The notes: generated from the sequence alone by a model not told the origin. A stretch of DNA of 63,996 nt, filler included, from an uncultured bacterium (GCA_964371695.1; 23 parts of 23 records of this genome joined end to end with filler, not necessarily neighbours in it), one strand, 5' to 3'. Numbered from the whole stretch's first letter, positions 18,194 to 28,743 are shown. Made by a program: numbers and translations.

Positions 18194-19474
18194 ATGGCAA
18201 AAATCTTTCCTTTTCGGGGTCTGCGTTATCCCCAGAAACAATGCAACGACCTGCTGGCCCCGCCCTATGACGTGGTGGATGAAAATGACACCACGCGGCT
18301 CAAGGCCAAGAGCCAGCACAACATCGCGCACCTGATTCTGACCGACAAGAATAATCCGGGCGTTTATTCCGAAATCGCCCACAACCTGCACCAGTGGCTG
18401 GCCGACGGCGTGCTGAAAGAAGACGAAGAACCTTCTTTATATGTTCTGCGCCAGTCCTTTGTGGACCACCGTCAGGACGGCAGCGCACAAACCGTCACCC
18501 GCTGGGGCCTCACCTGCTGCGTGGGTCTGGAACCCTATGAAAACAGGGTGGTGCTGCCCCACGAAAAAACCCTCTCCGGCCCCAAGGCAGACCGCCTGAA
18601 ACTCATGGAGGCCACACAGACCAACTTCAGCCAGGTGATGGGTCTGTATGAAGGCGGCGCTGCCCTGAGCGCCGACTATCACCGCATCGCCCAGCAGGAA
18701 CCCGACGCCACCTATGACGACGGCCAGGGGGTGGACAACGCCCTGTGGCGTGTCACCGACCCGGCGTTTATCCAGAAGGCCCAGGCATTGCTCGCGAGCA
18801 AACCCGTGCTGATCGCCGATGGCCACCACCGTTACGAAACCAGCCTGCAATACAAACAGGTGATGTCGGGCACCCCCACCGCCCAGGCCGCCAGCCAGAT
18901 GACCTTCACGCTGATTGACGGTCAGGACGAAGGCGTGGTGGTTTATCCCATCCACCGCTGGGTCACCACCGAGGTGCTCGCGGGCGCGCCCGACTGGCAA
19001 AACCACTTGAAAAACTGGTTTGAGGTGGAAACCCTGAGCGCCCTGCCCGCAGATGCCCACCGCGCCCTGCGGGGCAGCGAACACCAAGGGGGCGACGCCA
19101 CCTTCCTGCTGTTGCAGCCCGGCCAGTCGCCCCTGCGACTCACACTGCGGGCCAACAAAATCGCGGATCTCACCAGCGTGCCGGACAACCTCAAGCGCCT
19201 GGACACCGCCCTGTTGCAGGGGGCCTTGTTTCAGGAGGTGCTGGGCCTGAGCGCCGAGGACATCGCCCAGGAAAAAGGTGTGGGCTATCTCAAGGATTTC
19301 ACCGCGCTCAAGGGCCTGCTGGACCGCCCCGGCGTGGGGGCCGTGATTCTGTGCCGCCCCACCCCCCTGCCGCTGGTGATGGAACTGGCCCGCGCCGGTG
19401 TGGTGCTGCCACAAAAAAGCACGTTCTTTTATCCCAAACTGCCCAGCGGCATGACCATGCGGAGCATCCAGTGA
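18194..19474 (+). CDS. DUF1015 family protein
   Basis: APPYDV, PHEKT, IADGHHRYET and PQKSTFFYPKL motifs. Confidence 0.93.
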   Translation: MAKIFPFRGLRYPQKQCNDLLAPPYDVVDENDTTRLKAKSQHNIAHLILTDKNNPGVYSEIAHNLHQWLADGVLKEDEEPSLYVLRQSFVDHRQDGSAQTVTRWGLTCCVGLEPYENRVVLPHEKTLSGPKADRLKLMEATQTNFSQVMGLYEGGAALSADYHRIAQQEPDATYDDGQGVDNALWRVTDPAFIQKAQALLASKPVLIADGHHRYETSLQYKQVMSGTPTAQAASQMTFTLIDGQDEGVVVYPIHRWVTTEVLAGAPDWQNHLKNWFEVETLSALPADAHRALRGSEHQGGDATFLLLQPGQSPLRLTLRANKIADLTSVPDNLKRLDTALLQGALFQEVLGLSAEDIAQEKGVGYLKDFTALKGLLDRPGVGAVILCRPTPLPLVMELARAGVVLPQKSTFFYPKLPSGMTMRSIQ

Positions 19475-19903
19475 GCACGGCCAGAAAATCCACGCCTTCC
19501 CTGGCGGCCCAGGTACGGGAAATAGGCCAAAAGGCCAAGGCCGCCAGCGCTTTTGTGGCGTTGCAGGGAGAAGCCGCCAAAAACGCCGTGCTCAAAACCA
19601 TGGCCAGCGAGCTGCGCCACCAGCAGGCGACCATTCTCAAGGCCAACCAAAAAGACTTGTCCCTGGGCAAAAAAGCGGGTCTCACCAAGGCCCTGCTGGA
19701 CCGCCTCACACTGAATGAAAAACGCATTCAGGGCATGGTGGAGGGACTGGAAGTGGTGAGCGCCCTGCCCGACCCCATCGGCGAAGTCATGAGCGGCTGG
19801 CGCAGGCCCAACGGCCTTTCCATCACCCAGGTGCGTGTGCCGCTGGGCGCTGTGGGCATGATTTATTAAAGCCGACCCAACGTGACCATTGACGCCGCCG
19901 CCC
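19471..19903 (+). CDS. proA: Glutamate-5-semialdehyde dehydrogenase, N-terminal part, with in-frame TAA at 19867
   Basis: LLDRLTL, LPDPIGE and RVPLGAVGMIY*SRPNVTIDAAA; the conserved E of YESRPNVT reads TAA. Confidence 0.9.
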
Positions 19904-20030
19904 NNNNNNNNNNNNNNNNNNNNNNNNNNNNNNNNNNNNNNNNNNNNTTAATTAATTAANNNNNNNNNNNNNNNNNNNNNNNNNNNNNNNNNNNNNNNNN
20001 NNNCTCAGGGAGAGGGCAAATGATGTCGGA

Positions 20031-21179
20031 TTATTTGTTCCGCGTGAAAAGCTCCTTGCTGATGATCAGGCGCTGTATCTGGCTGGTGCCTTCGTAAATC
20101 TGGTAAATCTTGGCGTCGCGCATGAGTTTTTCCACGGGATATTCCTTGCTGTAGCCATAACCGCCATAAACCTGCACGGCGTTGGTGGCCACTTCCATGG
20201 CCATGTCGGCGGCGAATGCCTTGGCCATGGCGGCCTGTTTGGTGTTGCGTTTGCCGTTGTCCTTGAGCCAGGCGGCGTGCCACACCAGAAAGCGCCCCGC
20301 GTCAATTTTCATGGCCATGTCGGCAATCATGAAGCTGATGGCCTGATGGGCGAAGATGGGTTTGCCAAAGGTGGTGCGCTGCTGGCTGTAGTCCATGGCG
20401 TGGTCCATGGCGGCCCGCGCCAGGCCCACGGCCCCGGCGGCCACCGGCGGGCGGGTGTGGTCAAAGGCCGACATGGCGATTTTGAATCCGTCGCCTTCCT
20501 GTCCCAGCACGTTTTCGGCGGGCACCTTCACGTCGTTGAACATCACGGCGCGGGTGTCGCTGCACCGCTGGCCCATGTTCATCTCTTTTTTGCCCACCTC
20601 AATGCCGTCGCTGTGGCGGTCCACGATAAACCCGGTCATGCCCTTGTGGCCTTTTTCCTTGTCGGTGTAGGCCAGCACAAAATACCAGTCCGCCACACCG
20701 GCGTTGGTGATCCACATCTTCGCGCCGTTGAGCACATAGTCGTTGCCCACCTTCGTGGCGGTGGTGCGCAGGCCGGCCACGTCGCTGCCCGCGCCCGGCT
20801 CGGTTACGCAATAGGCTGCAAACTTCAGTTCTTCGGTCATGGGGCCGAGGAATTTCTTCCACTGCTCAGGGCTGCCCGCCACAATCAGCGGGGCCTGGGC
20901 CAGACCGTTGGCCTCCATGGCTGTCATGATGCCGGTGCAGCCATAGGCGGTTTCTTCGGCGATGATCACGCCATCCAGCACACCCAGGCCCATGCCGCCG
21001 GCCTCGGTGGGGATGTGTGTGTCCATCAGGCCCAGTTCATGGGCTTTTTTGAGCACCTCACGGGGAAATTCGCCGGTTTCGTCGTGATGTGGACTGGCGG
21101 GGCGCATCTCATTGATGGCAAAGTCGTGGGCCAGTTCCTGCAACTGGCGCTGCTCGTCGGTCAGTTCGAATCCGATCAT
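20031..21179 (-). CDS. Acyl-CoA dehydrogenase (MCAD-like)
   Basis: [25 protein letters not shown] and [11 protein letters not shown] motifs. Confidence 0.96.
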   Translation of the reverse strand: MIGFELTDEQRQLQELAHDFAINEMRPASPHHDETGEFPREVLKKAHELGLMDTHIPTEAGGMGLGVLDGVIIAEETAYGCTGIMTAMEANGLAQAPLIVAGSPEQWKKFLGPMTEELKFAAYCVTEPGAGSDVAGLRTTATKVGNDYVLNGAKMWITNAGVADWYFVLAYTDKEKGHKGMTGFIVDRHSDGIEVGKKEMNMGQRCSDTRAVMFNDVKVPAENVLGQEGDGFKIAMSAFDHTRPPVAAGAVGLARAAMDHAMDYSQQRTTFGKPIFAHQAISFMIADMAMKIDAGRFLVWHAAWLKDNGKRNTKQAAMAKAFAADMAMEVATNAVQVYGGYGYSKEYPVEKLMRDAKIYQIYEGTSQIQRLIISKELFTRNK

Positions 21180-22725
21180 GGTGGCGTCCTCCCGTGGATG
21201 CTGAAAAACCGCTGGCCATTATGGCGTTTTTGAAGATTCGCGCCAGTGGTTAATTTCCAGTAACGCCGCCATTTGTAACAGGCCGACGCCGCACACCACA
21301 GCAGGCTTTTTCCATCGCGGCTCACGGTGAGGGCGCGGGTTTTGCGCCCCACAAAAATCAGCCGCCGGGGGGCATGCCGGTGGCTGAATTCATACAGCCA
21401 GCCGTTCATGAAATTGGCCCCCACCACCTTGCCTGCGTGGGGCCAATAGGCCATATACCGCATGCCCAGCCCCACGGTGACAAATCCGGCGGGTTTAAAG
21501 GCGGGCAGGCGCAGCAGCATCACGCGGCGGCGCAGCAGGTCGGCTACAAACACCCGGCGGTGGGGTTCGTCCAGCGCCATGTTGGGCGCCAGCGAGCGGC
21601 CCACACGGGGAGTGAGGATGGTTTTCTCCAGGCCATCGCCGTGGTGAAAATGCAGCCATTTTTGGGACGCGCCCACCAGACACGGGCCCCCCGTCTGCTG
21701 GCAGGCCCACACGTTGGTGGCGTGCTGGCGGATTTTTTTCAGCACCGGGTGGCGGGGGTTCTGCACATTGAGCCACCAGATGTAGAACTCGGCCTCTTTG
21801 GCGGCAAAGAGCCACGCCCGGCGGGGGTCATAGGCCATGCCGGTGATGCCGCTCTCAAAACCTTTTGGGCGGGGTGTCTGATAAAGCACCTTGCCGTTGT
21901 TTTCGGAGAGCACATGCACGCCGCCCCGGTGGCCCTGGTCGCCCGTCATCAGCAGGCGCAACTGGCAGTCGATGGCCCCGTTGTCAGACGTGCTGCCCCC
22001 CAGCCGAAAACCCTTTCTGTTCTTCAGCAGGGTGGTGGTTTTGCCAATGCCCGCCAGCACACGCGTGCCCATCCAGTAGGTGTTCTTTTTGCAGCCTTCC
22101 AGCGCCCAGCGGTAATCCAGCCGAGGGTTGAACGACAACAGCCGCACGCCTTTTTGCGCGGCCACGGCGTGCCGCTGGGCGGGCAGGGGGGCCACATAAA
22201 ACTCCAGCGCCATCAGTGTGAGAGAGCCGCAGAAAACAAACAAAAAGGCCAGTGGCTTGTGTACCTGCAAACGCAGCAGAATCAACAGGCCCACCCACAG
22301 GGCGCACCAGCCCATCAGGGGCACCGGCAGGTCCAGACCCCGCACCCCCGCGCCCCCCAACAACGCCCTGGCCCCCAGCAGCAGCAGGCCCAGCAACAGG
22401 GCGGTGTTGCGTGAAGTGGTGGAGGAAGAAAAAAAACTTGCCGCTCCCAGCAGACCCAGGCCCGCCATGGTGAACACGCCCGCGATACCAGTGGCTTTCA
22501 CCAGCGTGGCCACACTGAGTCCCAAAAACAAAATGAAAAACAACCCAGCGGCCAATAGCGTGAGCACACCGGGCAGCAGGCGGTAGGGGTTTTGGTCCAG
22601 GCGTTGCACAAGCTGCCGGGTTTTGTGGCGCAGACTGCCGGGCCGGGCCTGCTCCGGAAAAACCCGCCACACCACCACGCCCGCCGCCACCCACAGGGCA
22701 TACCACCGCACATAACCCGACACCC
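21176..22725 (-). CDS. Hypothetical membrane protein with C-terminal beta-propeller-like domain, 5' truncated
   Basis: About 6 hydrophobic helices, then repeated beta-blade-like segments (MAYDP, MALDE, LTVSRDG). Confidence 0.6.
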
Positions 22726-22917
22726 NNNNNNNNNNNNNNNNNNNNNNNNNNNNNNNNNNNNNNNNNNNNTTAATTAATTAANNNNNNNNNNNNNNNNNNN
22801 NNNNNNNNNNNNNNNNNNNNNNNNNTTTCGCCCGGAGGGTGCTTTGATTACCCTTGGCGGCCAGGTGGACCTGGAAATGACCGTGGACACGAACAACCTG
22901 AGTGGAAGTCTGAATCT

Positions 22918-23946
22918 GTGAAGTTAGAAGCCAAACAACTTGTCAAAGCCTATAAGGGCCGCCGTGTGGTGGAGGGTGTGGACCTGCACGTACACAAGGG
23001 TGAAATCGTGGGCCTGCTGGGGGCCAACGGCGCAGGCAAGACCACCACGTTTTATATGGTGGTGGGGTTTGTGCGGCCCAACAAGGGGCAGGTGATGCTG
23101 GACGGCAAGGACATCACGCGCCTGCCCATGTATCAGCGCGCCCGGCGGGGCCTGGGTTATCTCGCCCAGGAGACCAGCGTGTTCCGCCGCCTGAGCGTGG
23201 AGGACAACCTGCGTCTGATTCCGGAACTGCGGGTGCGGGGCCGCAAAAAAAGGCAGGAGATCATTGACCGCCTGCTGGAGGAATTTCATCTGGAGCACCT
23301 GCGCCGCAGCCGGGGCGACACCCTGAGTGGCGGCGAAAGGCGGCGGCTTGAAATCGCCCGTGCGCTGAGCGTGGAGCCGCACTTTCTGCTGCTGGACGAA
23401 CCCTTTACCGGTGTGGACCCCCGCAGCATCGAGGACATTCAGGAAATCATCCGGGGCCTGCGCGACCGGGGCCTGGGCATTCTGCTCACCGACCATTCCG
23501 TGCGGGAAACCCTGGCCATCACCGACCGCACCTATCTCATGGAAAAGGGTCATATCATCGAACACGGCACGCCCCACGAAATCGCCAACAGCGAACTGGC
23601 GCGGGAAAAATATCTGGGGCGGAAGTTCACCCTGGCGGGACTGGACCTGCCCGGCGGACCAGAGGAGGAAGAAGAAGACCCCCTCATCGCGCCCACACCG
23701 GCCCTGTGGCGTCAGAAGGGCCTGGCCCCCCACGAGGACGTGCCCGTCGAAGCCCCTTTGCCAGAGCTGCCCGCCACCTTTGAGGCCATGGTGGAAGAAA
23801 ACGAAGCCTACGACGAAACGCTGGATGAGAGCCTGGACGCTGAGCCGCCGCCCATCGCCCGTTTGTCGCAGACGCTGGACGACATTCAGGCCGACCTGGA
23901 AAAAACCCTGCCGCCCCGCCCCCCTGCGGACCCGCCGGAAGACTGA
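22918..23946 (+). CDS. lptB: LPS export ABC transporter ATP-binding protein with acidic C-terminal extension
   Basis: GANGAGKTTTFYM, LSGGERRRLEIAR, DEPFTGVDP and TDHSVRETL motifs. Confidence 0.93.
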   Translation: MKLEAKQLVKAYKGRRVVEGVDLHVHKGEIVGLLGANGAGKTTTFYMVVGFVRPNKGQVMLDGKDITRLPMYQRARRGLGYLAQETSVFRRLSVEDNLRLIPELRVRGRKKRQEIIDRLLEEFHLEHLRRSRGDTLSGGERRRLEIARALSVEPHFLLLDEPFTGVDPRSIEDIQEIIRGLRDRGLGILLTDHSVRETLAITDRTYLMEKGHIIEHGTPHEIANSELAREKYLGRKFTLAGLDLPGGPEEEEEDPLIAPTPALWRQKGLAPHEDVPVEAPLPELPATFEAMVEENEAYDETLDESLDAEPPPIARLSQTLDDIQADLEKTLPPRPPADPPED

Positions 23947-24132
23947 TGCCAATTCTGAATCGAGACGACATTAAGCAAGCCAAGCAAGGCCCGTAAGCCC
24001 CATGGGAATAAACAACAAAGGGAGGAGAGAATTGGCATGAATTCATGGATGAATTCTCCCCGAACACCGAGGCGCAGCCGCAGGTGTTCGCGGCGCAAGC
24101 AGGCTTTGCCTGCGCCGCGCCGGGCCGCAGCC
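23946..24132 (+). repeat. Composite structured repeat, family D copy 1
   Basis: ATGCCAATTCT...AGAATTGGCAT inverted repeat, then GAATTCATGGATGAATTC and GCGGCGCAAGCAGGCTTTGCCTGCGCCGC; homologous to 44773-45048. Confidence 0.85.
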
Positions 24133-24197
24133 ATTCAGGACGAATGGCAAGGCCAACGGCACGATTCCAATTTCTGCTCTTTGGAATTGGAATCGGC

Positions 24198-25310
24198 ATG
24201 ATCCCCCGCCGACTCGATCGCTGGGTGCTCATGGAACTGGCCCTGCCGGTGCTGTTCAGCGTGCTCACCTTCAGCGGCCTGCTTTATGGCACGGCGGTGC
24301 TGCTGAAGGTGGCGCGGTTCATGGTGCAGTTCAGCCCGCCTTTTTCGCTGGTGAGCCAGATGTTGTGGATGGCTGCGCCCGGCGTGGTGGTGATGGCGGT
24401 GCCCATGGCCATGCTGCTGGGCAGCATTCTGGCCTTTGGGCGGTTGAGCGCGCACCAGGAGATCACCGCCGTGTTGTGCGGGGGTGTGAGCTATGGCCGC
24501 CTGATGTTGCCGGTGGCCTTCAGTTGTGCGCTGGTGAGCCTGGGGGTGTTGTGGCTGAGCGACGCGGTGGTGCCGCGCTTTAACCAGCAGATGCAGGTGG
24601 TGCAAAGGCAGATCCGCAAAGGCAAGGTTGAGGGCATGGACCGGCGCAGTGTGTTCATGCGTCTGCCCCTGGGGGGCGGGCGTCAGGCCATTCTCATGGC
24701 TGGTTCCTTCAGCGACGGCCTGCTCAAGCGGGTGAGTTTTTATGCCGTGGACCCGGAGGGCCGCAACCGGCAATACGTCACTGCGTCGCTGGCGTCGTTT
24801 GGCGGTGAGGGCAAGTGGGTGTTTCAGGACGGTTACCTGTATGAGTTCGACAAAACCGGCCAGTTCCACCTGCAAAGCCACTTTCGCAGCATGGGGTTTG
24901 AACTGAACACCGACCCCCAGGGGCTGGAGGAAATGGCCGTGGATCCCACGGAGGTTTCATTCGCCCGCTGGCGGGACATTATTCAGAGAACCCGTGAAAC
25001 CGGTGGCCAGCCCCCCAACGTGCTGCGCCAGATGACCGTGGACCTGCACCAGAAAATCGCCTTGCCCTTTGCCTGTCTGGCTTTTGCGCTGCTGGGCGCG
25101 CCTTTGGGCATGAAGCCCCAACGCACCACAGGGGGGCTGGGCCTGGGCATCAGCCTGCTGGGCATTTTGGGTTATTACGTGACCATGATGCTGGGGCGAT
25201 CGCTGGGCAGCAGCGGCGTGTTGCCCGAAGTGCTGGGGGCGTGGCTGCCCAACCTGTCGGTGCTGGGGGCGGCGATGTTGTTCACGTGGCGTCTGTCGCG
25301 TCAGGTGTAA
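24198..25310 (+). CDS. LptF/LptG family LPS export permease
   Basis: LDRWVL, PMAMLLG..FGRLSAHQEITA, KIALPFACL..LLGAPLG and AWLPN motifs; downstream of lptB. Confidence 0.92.
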   Translation: MIPRRLDRWVLMELALPVLFSVLTFSGLLYGTAVLLKVARFMVQFSPPFSLVSQMLWMAAPGVVVMAVPMAMLLGSILAFGRLSAHQEITAVLCGGVSYGRLMLPVAFSCALVSLGVLWLSDAVVPRFNQQMQVVQRQIRKGKVEGMDRRSVFMRLPLGGGRQAILMAGSFSDGLLKRVSFYAVDPEGRNRQYVTASLASFGGEGKWVFQDGYLYEFDKTGQFHLQSHFRSMGFELNTDPQGLEEMAVDPTEVSFARWRDIIQRTRETGGQPPNVLRQMTVDLHQKIALPFACLAFALLGAPLGMKPQRTTGGLGLGISLLGILGYYVTMMLGRSLGSSGVLPEVLGAWLPNLSVLGAAMLFTWRLSRQV

Positions 25311-25393
25311 AAACAGTAGAGCTTTCCCTATAAACACTGCTGAGATGGTTCTATGGCAAGGTCCTGCTTGATGCGGACAAATTGAAGCGTTGG

Positions 25394-25421
25394 CGTCATT
25401 CCCGCGAAGGCGGGAATCCAG
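25394..25421 (+). repeat. dRS3/REP-like palindromic repeat
   Basis: CGTCATTCCCGCGAAGGCGGGAATCCAG. Confidence 0.9.
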
Positions 25422-25633
25422 TTGAAATAAAAACACCATACCTTTTTCCGTTTTTTTTCTGTTCTCTTGCAGTGGGGCTGGCGTCCCCGCCTGCCTGAAA
25501 AAAAGGCAAAGAACCTTTTTCTTTAAAAGGCGGNNNNNNNNNNNNNNNNNNNNNNNNNNNNNNNNNNNNNNNNNNNNTTAATTAATTAANNNNNNNNNNN
25601 NNNNNNNNNNNNNNNNNNNNNNNNNNNNNNNNN

Positions 25634-26012
25634 CGAAGAAGAGCGACTTCACAACCTTCTTCGCCGAGGCCCCCGCCATGAACCCGATGAACAGCACCAC
25701 CGCCACCCCGGAAAGCATGGGTGTCGTGGCGACAGCGCGGCGGGCTGAGGGCATGGGGGAGGGCGGCAGTGCCAGATCAATGGGTTCCACCCTGGGGCGG
25801 ATGGGGTGGGCTGCGGGGTTTTGTGTGGGGGCAGGCACAGCCTGCTGCTGGATTTTGGGGGCGCGGGGGTCGGGGGGGCGGCTCACGGTCTGGCCCACGG
25901 CGGGTTGGCGGGCCGCCCCGCCCAGGGGTTTGCCGCAGGCCCGGCAAAACCGCTGATTCGGCTCTGCCGCCGCACCGCAGGTGGGGCAGACCGTTCCCCC
26001 GCTGTCGCCCAT
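25634..26012 (-). CDS. Zinc-ribbon domain membrane protein, 3' truncated
   Basis: CPTCG...FCRACG, Pro-rich linker, TM segment. Confidence 0.7.
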
Positions 26013-26060
26013 GAAAAGATTATCCGCTTATTTTTTTGAAGGTTTTTCTTCTTCCTTTAA

Positions 26061-26088
26061 CTGGATTCCCGCTTTCACGGGCATGACG
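26061..26088 (-). repeat. dRS3/REP-like palindromic repeat
   Basis: Reverse complement CGTCATGCCCGTGAAAGCGGGAATCCAG. Confidence 0.85.
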
Positions 26089-26190
26089 GGGAGATGGCGC
26101 ATGTTAATTAAATGTCGGAAAACTGCGCTACAATGGCTTTAACAGCATTTGCTTTACAGGGGCCGGGTGGCCCGTAACAATCCGCCGCCA

Positions 26191-26985
26191 ATGAAACGGA
26201 TGAAGCACCATAAGGCACTTCTCGCCGCCGCCCTGTGTGTGGTGGTGGGTCTGATGGCGATGGCCCCGGTGGCCAGCGCCCGCACCGCCACGGCGGGCCG
26301 CAACCAGTTGTTGAGCGGTCTGGCGGCGTCCATTTTCAGGGAAGCCGGTCTGAGTCAGGATCAGGCCAACGACATCGCCAGCCTGCTCAACCGCAAAAAC
26401 CTGTCTGACCAGCACCTGCTGGAAGCCTGGAACCTGGGCCAGAGCCTGACCCGCTACAGCGGCGTGGTGGGGCAATATTTCTGGAGTCTGATGCGTTATT
26501 ACGCCCAGCAGCCCGGTTTCAGCGCGGGCGACCTGGGGCACTTCATCCGCTGGGCCAAAACGCCCGATTTCATCTCGGCCATCAGCCGGGGCCGCGAGGG
26601 GCGTTTTGCTGTCAGCCCAAGGCATCATCAGATGTGGGCCGAAATGCAGCGGTTCTGGGGCGCGCCTTATCGTTGGGGCGGCGAAAACCCCAGCGGCACC
26701 GATTGCAGTGGTTTTACCCTCAAGACCTTTCTGCGGGCGGGCATTGACCTGCCCCGCACGGCCCGCGAGCAGTTCAAACAGGGCATTCCCCTGCGCACCG
26801 AAGACCTCGCGCCGGGCGACTTGGTGTTCTTTTCGCCCCGGGGCGGGGGCATCACCCACGTGGGGATTTACCTGGGGGGCAATCGGTTTGCCCACAGCGC
26901 CAGCAGCAAGGGCGTGGCCTACAGTTTTCTGCAGGGCGACAAATACTGGGGCCCGGCCTATCGCGGCGCCCGCCGAATGTTTTGA
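26191..26985 (+). CDS. NlpC/P60 (C40) cell-wall peptidase
   Basis: Signal peptide; GAPYRWGG, DCSGF, PGDLVFF and HVGIY motifs. Confidence 0.93.
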   Translation: MKRMKHHKALLAAALCVVVGLMAMAPVASARTATAGRNQLLSGLAASIFREAGLSQDQANDIASLLNRKNLSDQHLLEAWNLGQSLTRYSGVVGQYFWSLMRYYAQQPGFSAGDLGHFIRWAKTPDFISAISRGREGRFAVSPRHHQMWAEMQRFWGAPYRWGGENPSGTDCSGFTLKTFLRAGIDLPRTAREQFKQGIPLRTEDLAPGDLVFFSPRGGGITHVGIYLGGNRFAHSASSKGVAYSFLQGDKYWGPAYRGARRMF

Positions 26986-27019
26986 CAGGCCAGCGGAATC
27001 ACCCTGCTAAACTTCCGCC

Positions 27020-28141
27020 ATGCCCGCCCAACGCCCCTTTGACGTGGTGCTCTATGGCGCCACCGGTTTCACCGGCAAGCTCATTGCCCGCGCACTGGAA
27101 AAACGCGGCGTGAACTTTGCCGTGGCGGGTCGCAACACCGAAAAAGTCCAGGCCCTGGCCCGTTCACTTAAAAGCAATCCCCCGGCCCTGGTGGCCGACA
27201 CCAGCGACGAAAACGCGCTGGTGGACATGGCGGCCCAGGGGCGGGTGCTGGTGAGCGCCGCCGGGCCGTTCCGCCTCACCGGCATGCCTGTGGCCCGCGC
27301 CGCGCTCAAGGCCGGTTGCCATTATCTGGACACCACCGGCGAGCAGCAGTTTGTGCATCAGGTGGTGGCCGAGTTGGACGCCCCCGCCCGCGCCGCCGGT
27401 GTGGCCATGTCCCCCGCCATGGGGTTTGACGTGGTGCCCGGCGACGTGGCGGCGTACAAGGCCGCCCAGGCCCTGGCCCAGGGGGGCAAAGCGCCATGGC
27501 TCAAGCGGGTGGACATTGTGTATCGCACCAGCACCGGGTCACTCACGCGGGGCACGCTCAAAAGCCTGCTGGGTGTGCTCACCGAGCCGGGCCTTGTGTG
27601 GCGCGGTGCGAAGTGGGTAGAGAGTTATCCCGGCGAAGAAGCCATGGATTTTGTTTTTCCGGGGGCGGAGCACGCCCGCCGCGCCGTGCTGACCCCTTTG
27701 GCCGAGGCCATCACCGTGCCTCGCACCGTCAAGACCGACGCCGTGAACACATGGTTTCTCATGAAACCCGCCAACGAGCGGGTGGTGAAACTTTCGCGCT
27801 CGCTGGGGGGCCTGCTGATGAGCAGCCCCATGGGCGAACTGCTGGAAAAGGGCATCGGCCTGTTGCCCGAAGGCCCCGACGACGCCACACGCAGCGGCGC
27901 GAAATATGAAATCCTGGCCCGCGTGGAAACCCGCGATGGCCGCACGGCCCATTGCATCGCCAGCGGCACAGACCCCTATGGCCTCACCGCCGAGTTGCTG
28001 GCGCTCTATGCCGCGCTGCTGGCGGGGCCGGGGGCGCACAAAAAAGGCGTGCTCAGCCCCAGCCAGTTGATGAACCCCGACACTGTGCTGCTCCAGTTGC
28101 ACGACCACCCCATCACCTTCACCACCGTGGTGGGGGATTAG
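27020..28141 (+). CDS. Saccharopine dehydrogenase-like oxidoreductase (trans-acting enoyl reductase family)
   Basis: YGATGFTG, AGPF, HYLDTTGE, GFDVVPGD and DPYGLTA motifs. Confidence 0.9.
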   Translation: MPAQRPFDVVLYGATGFTGKLIARALEKRGVNFAVAGRNTEKVQALARSLKSNPPALVADTSDENALVDMAAQGRVLVSAAGPFRLTGMPVARAALKAGCHYLDTTGEQQFVHQVVAELDAPARAAGVAMSPAMGFDVVPGDVAAYKAAQALAQGGKAPWLKRVDIVYRTSTGSLTRGTLKSLLGVLTEPGLVWRGAKWVESYPGEEAMDFVFPGAEHARRAVLTPLAEAITVPRTVKTDAVNTWFLMKPANERVVKLSRSLGGLLMSSPMGELLEKGIGLLPEGPDDATRSGAKYEILARVETRDGRTAHCIASGTDPYGLTAELLALYAALLAGPGAHKKGVLSPSQLMNPDTVLLQLHDHPITFTTVVGD

Positions 28142-28235
28142 GGGGGGTTTTACCACGTTCATGGCGATGGAACATCTTTCCCTCTCCCTTTTGGGACGCC
28201 TTCTCTCCAGCGGCTTTTCATTTTCCAGGAGGTGG

Positions 28236-28263
28236 CGTCATTCCCGCGAAAGCGGGAATCCAG
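28236..28263 (+). repeat. dRS3/REP-like palindromic repeat
   Basis: CGTCATTCCCGCGAAAGCGGGAATCCAG. Confidence 0.9.
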
Positions 28264-28432
28264 TAGAAATATGGACGGCACACCTTCTTCTTAATTCCTT
28301 TTCCATTATTTTTTGGTGGCGCAGGCATCTTGNNNNNNNNNNNNNNNNNNNNNNNNNNNNNNNNNNNNNNNNNNNNTTAATTAATTAANNNNNNNNNNNN
28401 NNNNNNNNNNNNNNNNNNNNNNNNNNNNNNNN

Positions 28433-28558
28433 GGCCTTTCTCAACCCATTTTGCTCAAGCAAAGCTCTCGCAAAATGGCGCTTTTGCCGGGGGTTGAAAA
28501 ACCCCCGGCAAGCGGAAAATCCATCCCTGGATTTTTCAGGGTGTTTATCAACACCCTG
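28433..28558. mobile_element. MITE-like element, family A copy 2 (left end cut)
   Basis: Homologous to 14343-14486; ends in TTTATCAACACCCTG. Confidence 0.85.
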
Positions 28559-28743
28559 CTGACCCCCATTTGTCCATCAGCCAGGGTTGGGACTGCCCAG
28601 GCGAAAAAAAACCGGCGCGCTAAACGCCGGTTTTTTTGTGGCCCAGGCGGTGCCTGCAAAAACGCACCCCAAAAATTATGCGCCAATTCGGTCAAAATAT
28701 GCGTCCCCAGCGGATGGTATTAAAAAAGCCGAGGAGGAAGACC

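Noticed and set aside
19867-19869. Possible stop-codon reassignment (TAA as Glu) in proA
   Set aside because: TAA terminates many other genes here (e.g. 3968, 25310, 29502). A single instance near a contig end points to a sequencing error.
22826-22921. Short frame ending at the lptB start, possibly the lptA/ostA 3' end
   Set aside because: Only about 30 codons are visible and identity rests on position alone.
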